Source: a virus. From it: 64,000 nt of DNA. Location of the stretch: positions 2,541 through 66,540 of the IMG/VR virus record IMGVR_UViG_3300033182_000652; one strand, written 5' to 3'. Numbering within the stretch: the stretch's first letter is position 1; each line of letters begins with the position of its first letter. The notes below the pieces were generated by a model. The model made no database searches and was not told where the DNA came from. It worked only from the letters and a program-made list of their open reading frames with translations. The position numbers were made by a program, and so were the translations under genes. Shown in pieces: positions 9,047 to 19,341 of this stretch.

Positions 9047-10594
9047 TTAAACTAGAGGATCACTCAGATTGCTCTTCGTGACAACAATGTCAATCAAATC
9101 AGCCACGCCAGAAACACGCACACCAACAGTAGCTTTAACTAAACCAGTAGCAAGCTGCGAGTTGGGGTTGTTGGCAGCGGAAACCGAAACCGTATAACCC
9201 GGATCAATCTGCGCCCCTTCAACATCAAACGCAGCATACAGGCCATCCTGAAGAGCGATCGGCTGAAGGAAGTTCTTGATTGAAGAACGAATGTTAGCAA
9301 ACAGGTTACCTCGTGCATCAATCGTAGAGAACACAAACTGTTCCATACGATCCTCAATACCAATCGCAATGTAGTTCATTGTGTCCTGCATGGTGATGTA
9401 ACGCCAGTTGGTCTCATCGTTAGAAGCCGAACGAGCACCATACACACGAATAGAATTGTTTACCTTGCGGATAGCGTTGATTCTGGCCTTATCAAGAGTT
9501 TCAGCAGTAGTAGGAGTAACATCCTGATAGAGATCAGAAATGCTAACCGCTGAAGAAATCACACCGGCACCGGCACGCCACGGACCGCCCGCCACATCAA
9601 CCGCTTTAGCTCTAGCAGCCGCAGCATAGCTTTCCGGAGAAATGTTGATAGTGGAAGTCGTAACCGTTGACTCACCCGTCGCCAGCTCAGCAGCGTTAGG
9701 TGCAGGCACCTTAATGTGTGGCCAGTAGAAAGCCATGTGCTTAGCGTTTGCGTCAGAGTAGTATGATGAAACGCTGGTTTTAGCCGAAGATGAAGAGTCA
9801 CCCAGGGTGAACCCACACAAGGCAATACGGTTATTGTTAGCAGCGTGGGTACGCAGAGCGTTCCAAACCGCAGAACCGGTGTAGCCTGGAGCAGCCACAG
9901 CACCGCTCCGAAGGTTTATGCTGAAACACGTTGACACATCAGGATCTGAATCAAACGTACCATCAAGCGCATCCACGATGTGATCCGCTGTGACTGCCGT
10001 ACCATCTGCACCTCCAGAAAGGTTCGTATCAGCCAGCGAGTCCGGGTCATTTGCTGAAGTCGTGTTGTCGGCGGCAACGACCAGATGATTGACCGGTGAA
10101 GCATTAATAAACGAAACCGCATCATCAACATCCACAAGATCACGACTAGATAGAAGAAGCTCGCTATCTAGTGAAATCTTGATCCGGAAATAGCCTGAAA
10201 GAATATTGCTATCATCGCTGGTGTTTTCAACAGCGACAGAAAGGTTATTGCCCCAAGCGCCCTTGTTCTTTGACGTAACCGTCATAGTAGCAGAACCACT
10301 TGAATCGTTCAACGTGATCGAAGAAGTCGTAGCATCATCTGCATCATAGTTGATCGCACGGAACACATAGCAACGAGAACCGCCCTCATCAAAGAAGGTC
10401 TTTACGTGGGAATACAGGTTCCCTGACTGGTAGTTACCATAGTAGGTTGTGTAGTCGCTGAAGCTGCGAAGGAGCGTAGGCTCAGTCGTTGATCCACGCT
10501 CAGCGGTGCCAACCATAAACACCTGTCCAGCCACATTGTCAGTAGTGCCCACAGGACCAGTACGCACTGCAGTGGTGACATTAACTCCCGGCAT
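9047..10594 (-). CDS. Contractile tail sheath protein
   Basis: MPGVNV start with GGAGG RBS; FFDEGGSRCYV, GAWGNNL, LSGGADG, INAIR...IRVYGARS, WRYI sheath motifs. Confidence 0.92.
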   Translation of the reverse strand: MPGVNVTTAVRTGPVGTTDNVAGQVFMVGTAERGSTTEPTLLRSFSDYTTYYGNYQSGNLYSHVKTFFDEGGSRCYVFRAINYDADDATTSSITLNDSSGSATMTVTSKNKGAWGNNLSVAVENTSDDSNILSGYFRIKISLDSELLLSSRDLVDVDDAVSFINASPVNHLVVAADNTTSANDPDSLADTNLSGGADGTAVTADHIVDALDGTFDSDPDVSTCFSINLRSGAVAAPGYTGSAVWNALRTHAANNNRIALCGFTLGDSSSSAKTSVSSYYSDANAKHMAFYWPHIKVPAPNAAELATGESTVTTSTINISPESYAAAARAKAVDVAGGPWRAGAGVISSAVSISDLYQDVTPTTAETLDKARINAIRKVNNSIRVYGARSASNDETNWRYITMQDTMNYIAIGIEDRMEQFVFSTIDARGNLFANIRSSIKNFLQPIALQDGLYAAFDVEGAQIDPGYTVSVSAANNPNSQLATGLVKATVGVRVSGVADLIDIVVTKSNLSDPLV

Positions 10595-10727
10595 AATTGC
10601 CTCCATATTATTGTAGTTACAATACTAGTATTGAACATGCCCTGCGGGGATACGCAAAGCGTACGCTCTATCAAAATTTATTTTACCATGCAAGCAGTAA
10701 AGTCGAGTGTAACTAACGTGACTACGG

Positions 10728-10952
10728 TCAAGAATCAGATTGTTTGTTTAACTTTTCACGTTCTTCTTCGATAACAGCCTGCCAATCAACAGTACCCTCA
10801 TCGTTTAAAGGAAGACTTGTGCGTTTCACAACCTCCGCATATCGCTCCAAAACTCCCTTGCGATACTCACGCACATCCTCATCAGTAATCGGCTCTGTAA
10901 GAGAATACCCTGATACTTCTTGAATTTGTCTTTGTAGTTCTTCTGGACTCAT
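10728..10952 (-). CDS. Small hypothetical protein (satellite of giant gene)
   Basis: 74 aa; leaderless TAGACT-N6-ATG. Confidence 0.65.
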   Translation of the reverse strand: MSPEELQRQIQEVSGYSLTEPITDEDVREYRKGVLERYAEVVKRTSLPLNDEGTVDWQAVIEEEREKLNKQSDS

Positions 10953-10956
10953 ATCG

Positions 10957-11124
10957 TTAGTCTAACTCATCTAAGGTCGCAGCGGGGTCGCTGAGTAAAG
11001 AATTCTTTTTGTTAGGCTTACCCTCCCAAAACTCCGGACGCCGATGCGAATAATCTAACATCCTAGCAATTTCCGGATCATTCAATACTTCACTTGCCAA
11101 TCTGCCTTTTTTAGTCTTTGCCAT
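10957..11124 (-). CDS. 55-aa hypothetical protein ending LLSDPAATLDELD
   Basis: Below the track cutoff. Hand translation MAKTKKGRLASEVLNDPEIARMLDYSHRRPEFWEGKPNKKNSLLSDPAATLDELD fills the gap between neighbours. Confidence 0.65.
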   Translation of the reverse strand: MAKTKKGRLASEVLNDPEIARMLDYSHRRPEFWEGKPNKKNSLLSDPAATLDELD

Positions 11125-11132
11125 TTCTATTC

Positions 11133-11369
11133 CTATTCTGTACCAAAATCATCAATCGAAGCTGCAGGATCACTCAACAAATCAGTATCCACAACGGGTT
11201 CCCAATAGCCCCGAGCCAGAAGACTATACCACGAAAACGGCCCAGTCTTTTCACCGGTTTCAGTGTCTTGCAACATGACTTGAACACGCTGGTCCGCAGG
11301 GTCTGCGTCCTCTGCAACTAACGCTAAAGTTTCGGTGCCTCGCTTTGCAATAACTTTCATTTTTGCCAT
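11133..11369 (-). CDS. 78-aa hypothetical protein ending LLSDPAASIDDFGTE
   Basis: ATG 11369 lies directly after the giant gene's stop at 11371. Confidence 0.7.
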   Translation of the reverse strand: MAKMKVIAKRGTETLALVAEDADPADQRVQVMLQDTETGEKTGPFSWYSLLARGYWEPVVDTDLLSDPAASIDDFGTE

Positions 11370-11370
11370 T

Positions 11371-14300
11371 TTATCTCGCACTTTCCGGATCGACCACCAA
11401 ATAGTCATAAAGATATTCAGCAGTCACTACCTCTTCTAACGCTTCAACATCTCCAAACTTGAGAGTGATTCCGGCATCCTGAATAACTTTAAAAAACGCA
11501 TCAGCCTCTTCACGAGTCTCAAACTTTTTTGTACCGGTAGTAAAAACGATTTCGTCAACATCTTCCAACCCTAGAATACCATGAAATTGCAGCTCTGCAT
11601 AGATTGATTCTCCGCCGCTGTTCAAATTCGTTTCATTTTCAAGCCACACGTTTGCAATCGAAAACTCTTCGATAGCGTTACCCAACCGTTCGGGATCGAC
11701 AGAGCCATCACGAAGATCACTAATCCTCACCCCAAAAACCCTATCATCTAGTGTGTCACCAAATGAAACTGTTGTTCGATCAGCAACTTCATCTTTGAAA
11801 CGAACATTAACATCTCCGTACCCCTGTAATATGTTACGGGTTTCTGCTTCGTCCCAAATAGTTCCCTCAACATAACCATACTTTGGCCTTAACGCTCCTT
11901 CAACGGTCTCATCAACCCCCAAACCCTCTTCAAGCGCCCTACGAAAACTTGGATCAAAATAAGCTTGTGACCTGCCCGTCTCGAATTGATTCTTGAACCG
12001 ACCATCTCCGGCAATCAGCTCCCGAAGACCAGATCCAGGCATCCTCATCGACAAACTTCCATCCTTCAACGAGTCAGCCAAATACTTAGACACCCTACTC
12101 GTTAACTCCGCCTCAAACTCTTCCCGGCTCATACCAGAAACTCTTTCAGCTTCCTCAAAATCTTGCGAACCTATCAAATAGTAAAGAGTATCTTTTACTT
12201 CCTCTAGGCTACGAGGAGTGATCGCACTACCGCTAAATGTTTCACGCCCAACAGAATCAGGCAAAGTGGCTTTTGAAACGGATTGAGGAACAAGCGGCTC
12301 ACCATTAACAAGCAAATACTCCGGAGGAATCCGATCACTAATCACAACAGTATCCGGCCTCGTCCCGTCAATACTTTCCTCAGGTACAAAATCGTCAACA
12401 GCGAAACTGCTGGCAATTCCTGTCAACACTTCGTTGCGGATCACATCCGGTTCCCTATCCAAACTATCAACAGAAATTACCCCATCCTCAATAGCTCTAG
12501 GCAAATCAATCTCTACCACAACATCATAACTAGCCTCAGCCACATCAGCAGTCTCCGACGTATACACAGCATCACCCACACCCCTGTTAACGATACCTCT
12601 AGTGTCACTACGTGGATCCAAGCCTTCCGTCCTGATAGTCTCCAAAGCTTCTGCTGTAGTGCCGTGGAAGACAACTGTGCGCTTTGCGTCATTTTCACGC
12701 CAATCTTGTAAAGCTTGCTCTTCTAACTCGGAAGTATCAATACTGTAAACAAAATCATCAAAGCTTTCAAAAGTTTCAATTTCGGTAGGCCCGTCACCCG
12801 AATCGTCTAATGCAAAATAAAGATCTGTCTCCATGTCGTAGAAAATGCGAGAGCCAGAGTCCAGTCTGGTTTCCAAATCTTGTAGAGCGAACTGTTCCTG
12901 AATGCGTTCAACGCTGGCGGTCAAATCATCAACACCAGTTAGCTCATCCGCACTGCTAAGATTACCCAACTGAGTTATCTTGGCGTCGCTTGATAAGTAA
13001 TCAAACACAGCATCTTCTGACAATCTAAAAGCACTCTCTTCTCTGTCAATGATAAAGTTACCAGAAGGTTCTCGGTGAAGATCCAAAAAATCGTCTCCCA
13101 ACATGTTAACACGCCGTGAGCTACCTCCAAGAACAACAACTTCTTGCTCGACAGAAATACCAAACCGGAAAGATTCCTTGTGAGCGTCGCTAGCAAACCC
13201 AAATATTAACTCAGCAGGAACTACATCATGTAGCAAAACATGCTCAGGCATTCCAAGATCTTCACCGCTATCTTTAATCTTTTGAATTTCATCCTTAGCA
13301 GTTTCGTATTTATTACCTAAAAACAGAAGAGCCGTGTCTAACCTGCTAGTCCACGACTGTAGACCACGTGCCCTGGGTACGCCACGATCAGTCGTCGTGC
13401 CACGAGGAACTTCGGACGACTTTGACCTCGGAATAAACAAACCTCGATACAAGTTAACTTCTGTAATATCATTTTCTTTCAAATACTGCTGTGTTGCAGA
13501 ATACTGGCTTCTCGCCCAAGCGTCAACAAACGGTGCAAGAGCCTCCTGTAGATTTCGGATACTTTCAAAATCAGAAGGCGACTCTCGTCGTTCATGCTGT
13601 ATAGAAACTCCAAACTCGTCCCCTAAAACTGTTTGAACACGTTCCGACAAAAAGTCCCAATGAAACACTTCACTTCTTGCTGATCCCCAATGATGGCCAA
13701 TAGCGTTCCTTAGCTGTATCGCAAGTTCTTCTTCGGCCTCACGTATACGCTGCTGCTGGTCCGCACTTTCATCAGAAGACGATCTGAAAGCAATCAAATC
13801 ATCTAATGCCTGTATCACTTTAAATGTTTTCTCGTCACCAAGACTGCCTCGCTCTGCTTCTAGATACAGCGGGCTGCCTTCATCTTCAACTGCTTGCCGT
13901 AAAGCTTCCTGCAACGGCACAAGATCCTCTTCAGTAGCCGCCTCAGCTACAAAACGATTCAAAGATTTTTGATCCTCCCGCAAGCCCTCACCATCAAGCG
14001 CACTAATATTCGTGGGAGGCTGAGTGAAACCGTCTAGTCTGTCAGCATTAGACAAGCGTTCCCTGTCCCATTCTGTAGGAGAATCAGGCCCTGGAGGAAG
14101 ACCAAAGTTGGGGTCAATGTCATCACTTGAACGGGCCATGAACGAAACCACTTCATCCCCAGCATCATCTAAATCATCAATCGTAGCAGCAGCATCAGCA
14201 GCCACTGCGTCGATAGACTGTCCGGCTCGTTCTGCTGCACGCTGGGCTTTGATAGCAGCAACTTCACTTTCAGGCGTAAGATCAGGAATACCTTCGGGTA

Positions 14301-17300
14301 TGCCAAGCTTCTTCCTTTCTTCCAGCGTGGCGTTTGGGATCTCAGCGGCGATAACTTCATCTGATCGGAAGTTTCCAAAAATTTGAGTTTCCAAATACTG
14401 AAAGTAACCGGTAGGGACATACTCTTGCCTTCTTTCATTTAGACCCCCTCTCCTTGAAAGAACGGTCGAATCACTGCCGCTGAGCGCAGCGAAAAAATAG
14501 GTAGGGTTAATCGTATTATCTCCGGGTGTGCTCGACTTTTTAAACACGATTTCTAATAAGTCTTGATCAGTCATGTTTGCACTGACAGGAACCGGACTGC
14601 CACTATTGTTAATTGAGTCGCCATCTGAAACGCTGGAGCGGAACAAAACCTTTGGATCTAACATCATTGTGCCGCCACGCACTGCCCCAGGACTTATCAA
14701 CCCAACTTCCTTATCATTAAACTCAAGTCTCGCCTCTTCCGTAAGATACCCTAAACCGAATCGCTCAAAGACTTTATCGTTAACAGCAGCAACAGCAGTT
14801 TCTTTATCAGCGTCGGGCAGGTCACTAAGTCGCTGTACATCAGGGAACTCTTCTAAAACTTCTGAGACTATTGAGCCGATTTCGGCTTCCGCCTCCTCAG
14901 TCATAACACCCCGAGACTTAACAACCCCATCAGAGTCGATCATAACTGGAGACAAATCTTCCAAAGCTAACTTGCGGGCCAAACGTCGCTGCTCGCCAGG
15001 AATAAGAGATCCATAACTGGGACGTAATTCGGGAGGAGAATCAGCATGAACACCCATCATCGACGCTTCAAAGCCCTCACGCACACTACCCGGTCCGCCC
15101 GAACTAGATCCCGATCTCACCTCGGGGAAATGGCTATTTTTATTAATACCGTCCCTGAAAACATCTCGTATATAATCAGAATCAACCACCACAGTAGTGT
15201 CAGGATCATCAAAAATGTTTCGCAAATAATCAACAACAAGCTGCTTACGTTCTTCAAAAGTCAAAGATTCATACGTCTCAATAAAGTCTTTACGCCAAGC
15301 AAGCTCCCGATTTTGGGAAGGAGTGTCCCACGTATCTGGCCTTTCTCTTATACGTTCCTCCATTGTTTTGATCTGCTCTTCATTCTCAGCCATAAGGCGA
15401 CCAAAAACACTATCCAACTGGGCATCATCAAGAGGTTTACCTTGACCAAAACGGATGGTATTACCCCTCGGAAGATTAGCCGTACGACGCTCCTCCCACT
15501 CCTCAGGAGAAAGCTTATTCATCCGCTCAAGACTAAAACCATACGAAGCAAGCTCCTCCAAAATACGGGCATTATTCGCCATAACAGGATCATCCGCCGT
15601 AGCAGCATCCAACTCGCCCGCATCAGCAAACCCCAACTGGCGGGCAATATCGTCACGAGTCACCGGATCAGGAACATACCCATCCATATGAACATGCAAC
15701 CCATCCCGCACCGGAATCTCCTCACCACCATCAAGACCCTCAGCACCCATAACAACCATTTCAGAAACCGCATCATCCGAATCAGCACGCAACTGATCAG
15801 ACAAACCACGCAACTCCGCCAAACGCTCCTTCTGCCGCAAAAACTCAGCAACCTTACCATCATACTCAGCAAAATCTTCACGCTGACGCTCCAACCCCGC
15901 AACAGGATCAAGACCATCCAACGGCACATCATTCTCATCCATATAATCCAACAAACGCCACAACACCTGACCCGTCATCTCCGAATCAGCATCAGCCGTA
16001 TGCCACGAAAAATCCTCCAACCCGAAAAACTCCTGCAACTTCTTCAACGACGCACTACCCGGACCATCCTCAATCCCAGCACGCTTAGCAATATTGCCCA
16101 AACCCATCGTGTCAAAATACGTCACCTCATCCAAATCAAACGACGGCACACCATCAGGATCATGACGCTGACGCTCCAACTCCATACGCTTCAAATCAAA
16201 CGCAGCATTATGCGCCATAAACACCACATCAGAACCATCAGAATCGCCATTAGCAAAACGCATAAACTCCTGCAACACCGTAGGCATATCAGGCTGCTTC
16301 GCCAAAAACTCCGGAGACATAGGCTTACCATCAGCATCAATCAAATTCGCTTGAGACCAATCAGACAACTCATCATAATCCACATTCACATACATGGAGA
16401 AACGATCAACAAGCACACCATCAACATAAACCACGCCACCCAACTGAACAATACGATCCTCATCAACCTCATCCGGATCCATACGCCCAGCAGTCTCCGT
16501 ATCAAAAACCACCACACGCTTACCCTTAAGAAGCTGCGACACCTCTCTCCACGAAGTCGCCTCAGCCAACTCATCACGCAAACCCGAACCGGCAAGATGC
16601 GGAGGAGGAGAGAACGGCGACCTCACACTATCTACAAGCACACCGTCCCTAAACAACTCAGGTTCGTCTATCTCTGCCTGCGCTAGCTCGCCAAGGATTC
16701 GATGATATCTATCTTCCGACGCAGCGTCCGAAAGCATCTGAGACGTGGCTGAAGGATCGCCAGCAACCCTAGGCAGTAAGCTTCCCCTCGGCTCTCGATC
16801 TAACAAACTTTCTGGAGTAGCGGAAGCAATATCTAATTCTTGTCTACCTGCCAAAGCAGTCAAAGGAGGAAGCTGGTCATCTCGCCAGTTCGGGTCAGAC
16901 AAAATAAACTTAAGTTCTTCAGGAATAATCTGCTTCGCATAGTTATCAAGCATTTCAGGCAGATGACTGTCTGTTCCGCTAGTGCCTGCAGGAATTCTTC
17001 GATTGCCTAAAACCTGGGAAGAAATCACTTCTGCCAACGTTTCGACCCGATCAGTCGTAGTTATTTTATCTTGAATCTTTGAAGGTATAATCTTGCTATC
17101 CCTTTTGTACCCGAACCTCTGGGCAATATAGTCCGAATTTGAATCGTACCCTAAAATAGATAGCAAGTAAGCTTGGTTGGAGAACGTAGGAGCCAGCTCC
17201 ATCTCTTCAGTAAATGCTTCAAGCCACGGCGTGCTCTCATCTATCCACTGTTGTGAAGCTAGACGGATAGGACTATCTTTAGCTGCAGCATAACTACCAC

Positions 17301-19341
17301 GCTTTCTTTGTCTTTCAAGACTACGTAGCTCACTCTGCATCTGGCGTCGGCGCTTTAACAAAGGAAGCTTGCGGACATTGTTTCCTGTGAAGGCGTCTAT
17401 TTCTGCCGTAATCTTACGGATATCTGCTTCAAGGCGTGATTTGTTCCTAAAGAAAGCATCCGCACTCAACAACGTATCAATTCTATGAACCGTCTCATGA
17501 ATAGCTACTTGCTCAAGACCGCTACCTCGAAGTGAAGTGATTTGGTACTGCTTAATATTACTCAGCAACTTTGCAATTTCAGGAGTATTCCCCACACCCA
17601 AAGGCAACTCTACGCCGTCAGGCCCATCATCAGGACCAAACCTTCTAATAGTTCCATTTTTACGATCAATAACTAAATGCTCTTCTAAGCCCAACACTCG
17701 TGGAGAAAGGGTTAGTACCCCAGTTTTATGGTTGAAGGAACCACCTGCAAAAAGGTTTCGTTTACCATCGGATTTATCGTAACCAATACGAATTTCTTTA
17801 GGCCGAAACTCGGGACTTAAACCATCCGTTGCGGTTTTAATTTTACGCAACAACCCCTCATTCTCCACACCCCCAGGGATATAACTAAGAATACCTGAAT
17901 CCCCAAAAAGATCCTGAAGTTCAGCATCAAATTTTACTTCAATGTCTCTCGGAGTAGTAGCGTCTTTAAGCTCAGCTGTTAACTCCGATAAACGCACACG
18001 AAACTGGTCAGCCAACACATGATCGCCTTCAGAATCAAGTCGCTGAATCTCAAGCTCCGCAATTTCTATATCTCTCAAAACTTGAGTGATCACATCAAAG
18101 TCCTGATATTGCCCACTCAACTCACCAGCACGCTCAACAAACCTACTGTCAGAAGTTATCTCTTTGCTCGAACTAATACCAATACGCTTATCAGCACGCC
18201 TCGCTGCTTTATCAGAAAGAGTACGAATCGCTTCGCCAGCAATATCGTCAGTTTTACGTCTAAAAGTGTAACCTGTCAGATAATCATAATCTTTAAATTC
18301 ACGACTCTTTCTAAACAAATTATCTAGCAGCTCAGGATTATCGACCATGTACTGCAGCTGACTATAGTAGCCAAGATGATCTTCAAGCGAAGATGTGTTT
18401 TTAGTAAGCCAATCCGCATGATAACGAACTTTGTCAAAATCACGATTAACGTAAGCATCAATCAACTCTTTTATGTGGTGATCATGCCAAGTCGTCACAG
18501 GAATAGTAGAAACCAGCGTTTGTAAAAGGCGGGCATTATTTTCATCAATTGGCCCGATTACATCTGCTACAGATCGGTTCTGTCTACGAGCCTCGGTTTG
18601 TAACTCATTTAAACGACTACTAAAAGCAGTAAACGACACTGATCCCCCAAATTTAAGCATGTCGCGTAATTCTGCGCCCAACGGTAGGCTCTCATACACC
18701 TGCTCCGGAGAATCCATGTAATTACCGAATAAACGCCCCTCCATAGCCAAAAACAAAAACTGACGATTACCGACAGCCTTAGCATCCATGTCAGTCACAT
18801 CTTCAACAGAAATCTTATACAAAGCACGCAGTTTGTCTTGAGTCTCTTGAGTAATCAAACCACTCTCAACAGCCTCCGGTAACAAAAGACCAGCTATTTT
18901 ATCATCAATGTACGCCCGACGCTGATCCAACTTCGTTGTCGCATTAGCCGCATCAAACCCAGCAAGACGTACATCATCACCAGCATCATCAAAACGAGAC
19001 TCATCAGCCAAAGAACGCCCCAAAAACCCACGAGGCAAAATGCCACGAGACTCCAAAAGCGAAGGCGAATCATCACCCAACGTCCCCAAAGACCCACCCA
19101 ACGTGGAAGAATCAGTATCTCTAAACGACGGCGTAAAATCCCAAACAGACCCGTCAGCACGAACAAACTCTACCCGATCACGATCAACCTGACCGTACTC
19201 GCTCCAAATCTCACCCGTGTCAATAAAGCGCAAATACGCCCCTTTAGGGCGCTCCCAAATCGTTCCATCCTGAACAAGACCATCAAGGTCACCGTCACGA
19301 GGAAACGGCACAAAAGGTACAACACGAGGTTTCCTAGCCAT
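11371..19341 (-). CDS. Giant polyvalent protein: zincin peptidase, DEDDh exonuclease, multiple ADP-ribosyltransferase-like domains
   Basis: HETVH + ETLAE; VFDTETAG/AHNAAFD/HTADAD; LYRGL..SWTS..EQE; FHGT..VYTS..IPPEYL; two DUF3626-like copies (RPSYG/RPKYG, Y.E.Q..G). Confidence 0.75.
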   Translation of the reverse strand: MARKPRVVPFVPFPRDGDLDGLVQDGTIWERPKGAYLRFIDTGEIWSEYGQVDRDRVEFVRADGSVWDFTPSFRDTDSSTLGGSLGTLGDDSPSLLESRGILPRGFLGRSLADESRFDDAGDDVRLAGFDAANATTKLDQRRAYIDDKIAGLLLPEAVESGLITQETQDKLRALYKISVEDVTDMDAKAVGNRQFLFLAMEGRLFGNYMDSPEQVYESLPLGAELRDMLKFGGSVSFTAFSSRLNELQTEARRQNRSVADVIGPIDENNARLLQTLVSTIPVTTWHDHHIKELIDAYVNRDFDKVRYHADWLTKNTSSLEDHLGYYSQLQYMVDNPELLDNLFRKSREFKDYDYLTGYTFRRKTDDIAGEAIRTLSDKAARRADKRIGISSSKEITSDSRFVERAGELSGQYQDFDVITQVLRDIEIAELEIQRLDSEGDHVLADQFRVRLSELTAELKDATTPRDIEVKFDAELQDLFGDSGILSYIPGGVENEGLLRKIKTATDGLSPEFRPKEIRIGYDKSDGKRNLFAGGSFNHKTGVLTLSPRVLGLEEHLVIDRKNGTIRRFGPDDGPDGVELPLGVGNTPEIAKLLSNIKQYQITSLRGSGLEQVAIHETVHRIDTLLSADAFFRNKSRLEADIRKITAEIDAFTGNNVRKLPLLKRRRQMQSELRSLERQRKRGSYAAAKDSPIRLASQQWIDESTPWLEAFTEEMELAPTFSNQAYLLSILGYDSNSDYIAQRFGYKRDSKIIPSKIQDKITTTDRVETLAEVISSQVLGNRRIPAGTSGTDSHLPEMLDNYAKQIIPEELKFILSDPNWRDDQLPPLTALAGRQELDIASATPESLLDREPRGSLLPRVAGDPSATSQMLSDAASEDRYHRILGELAQAEIDEPELFRDGVLVDSVRSPFSPPPHLAGSGLRDELAEATSWREVSQLLKGKRVVVFDTETAGRMDPDEVDEDRIVQLGGVVYVDGVLVDRFSMYVNVDYDELSDWSQANLIDADGKPMSPEFLAKQPDMPTVLQEFMRFANGDSDGSDVVFMAHNAAFDLKRMELERQRHDPDGVPSFDLDEVTYFDTMGLGNIAKRAGIEDGPGSASLKKLQEFFGLEDFSWHTADADSEMTGQVLWRLLDYMDENDVPLDGLDPVAGLERQREDFAEYDGKVAEFLRQKERLAELRGLSDQLRADSDDAVSEMVVMGAEGLDGGEEIPVRDGLHVHMDGYVPDPVTRDDIARQLGFADAGELDAATADDPVMANNARILEELASYGFSLERMNKLSPEEWEERRTANLPRGNTIRFGQGKPLDDAQLDSVFGRLMAENEEQIKTMEERIRERPDTWDTPSQNRELAWRKDFIETYESLTFEERKQLVVDYLRNIFDDPDTTVVVDSDYIRDVFRDGINKNSHFPEVRSGSSSGGPGSVREGFEASMMGVHADSPPELRPSYGSLIPGEQRRLARKLALEDLSPVMIDSDGVVKSRGVMTEEAEAEIGSIVSEVLEEFPDVQRLSDLPDADKETAVAAVNDKVFERFGLGYLTEEARLEFNDKEVGLISPGAVRGGTMMLDPKVLFRSSVSDGDSINNSGSPVPVSANMTDQDLLEIVFKKSSTPGDNTINPTYFFAALSGSDSTVLSRRGGLNERRQEYVPTGYFQYLETQIFGNFRSDEVIAAEIPNATLEERKKLGIPEGIPDLTPESEVAAIKAQRAAERAGQSIDAVAADAAATIDDLDDAGDEVVSFMARSSDDIDPNFGLPPGPDSPTEWDRERLSNADRLDGFTQPPTNISALDGEGLREDQKSLNRFVAEAATEEDLVPLQEALRQAVEDEGSPLYLEAERGSLGDEKTFKVIQALDDLIAFRSSSDESADQQQRIREAEEELAIQLRNAIGHHWGSARSEVFHWDFLSERVQTVLGDEFGVSIQHERRESPSDFESIRNLQEALAPFVDAWARSQYSATQQYLKENDITEVNLYRGLFIPRSKSSEVPRGTTTDRGVPRARGLQSWTSRLDTALLFLGNKYETAKDEIQKIKDSGEDLGMPEHVLLHDVVPAELIFGFASDAHKESFRFGISVEQEVVVLGGSSRRVNMLGDDFLDLHREPSGNFIIDREESAFRLSEDAVFDYLSSDAKITQLGNLSSADELTGVDDLTASVERIQEQFALQDLETRLDSGSRIFYDMETDLYFALDDSGDGPTEIETFESFDDFVYSIDTSELEEQALQDWRENDAKRTVVFHGTTAEALETIRTEGLDPRSDTRGIVNRGVGDAVYTSETADVAEASYDVVVEIDLPRAIEDGVISVDSLDREPDVIRNEVLTGIASSFAVDDFVPEESIDGTRPDTVVISDRIPPEYLLVNGEPLVPQSVSKATLPDSVGRETFSGSAITPRSLEEVKDTLYYLIGSQDFEEAERVSGMSREEFEAELTSRVSKYLADSLKDGSLSMRMPGSGLRELIAGDGRFKNQFETGRSQAYFDPSFRRALEEGLGVDETVEGALRPKYGYVEGTIWDEAETRNILQGYGDVNVRFKDEVADRTTVSFGDTLDDRVFGVRISDLRDGSVDPERLGNAIEEFSIANVWLENETNLNSGGESIYAELQFHGILGLEDVDEIVFTTGTKKFETREEADAFFKVIQDAGITLKFGDVEALEEVVTAEYLYDYLVVDPESAR

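Noticed and set aside
15046-16686. 546-aa plus-strand ORF
   Set aside because: Antisense to the exonuclease region; stop-free because of codon bias, with unnatural I/R/T/H/Q composition.
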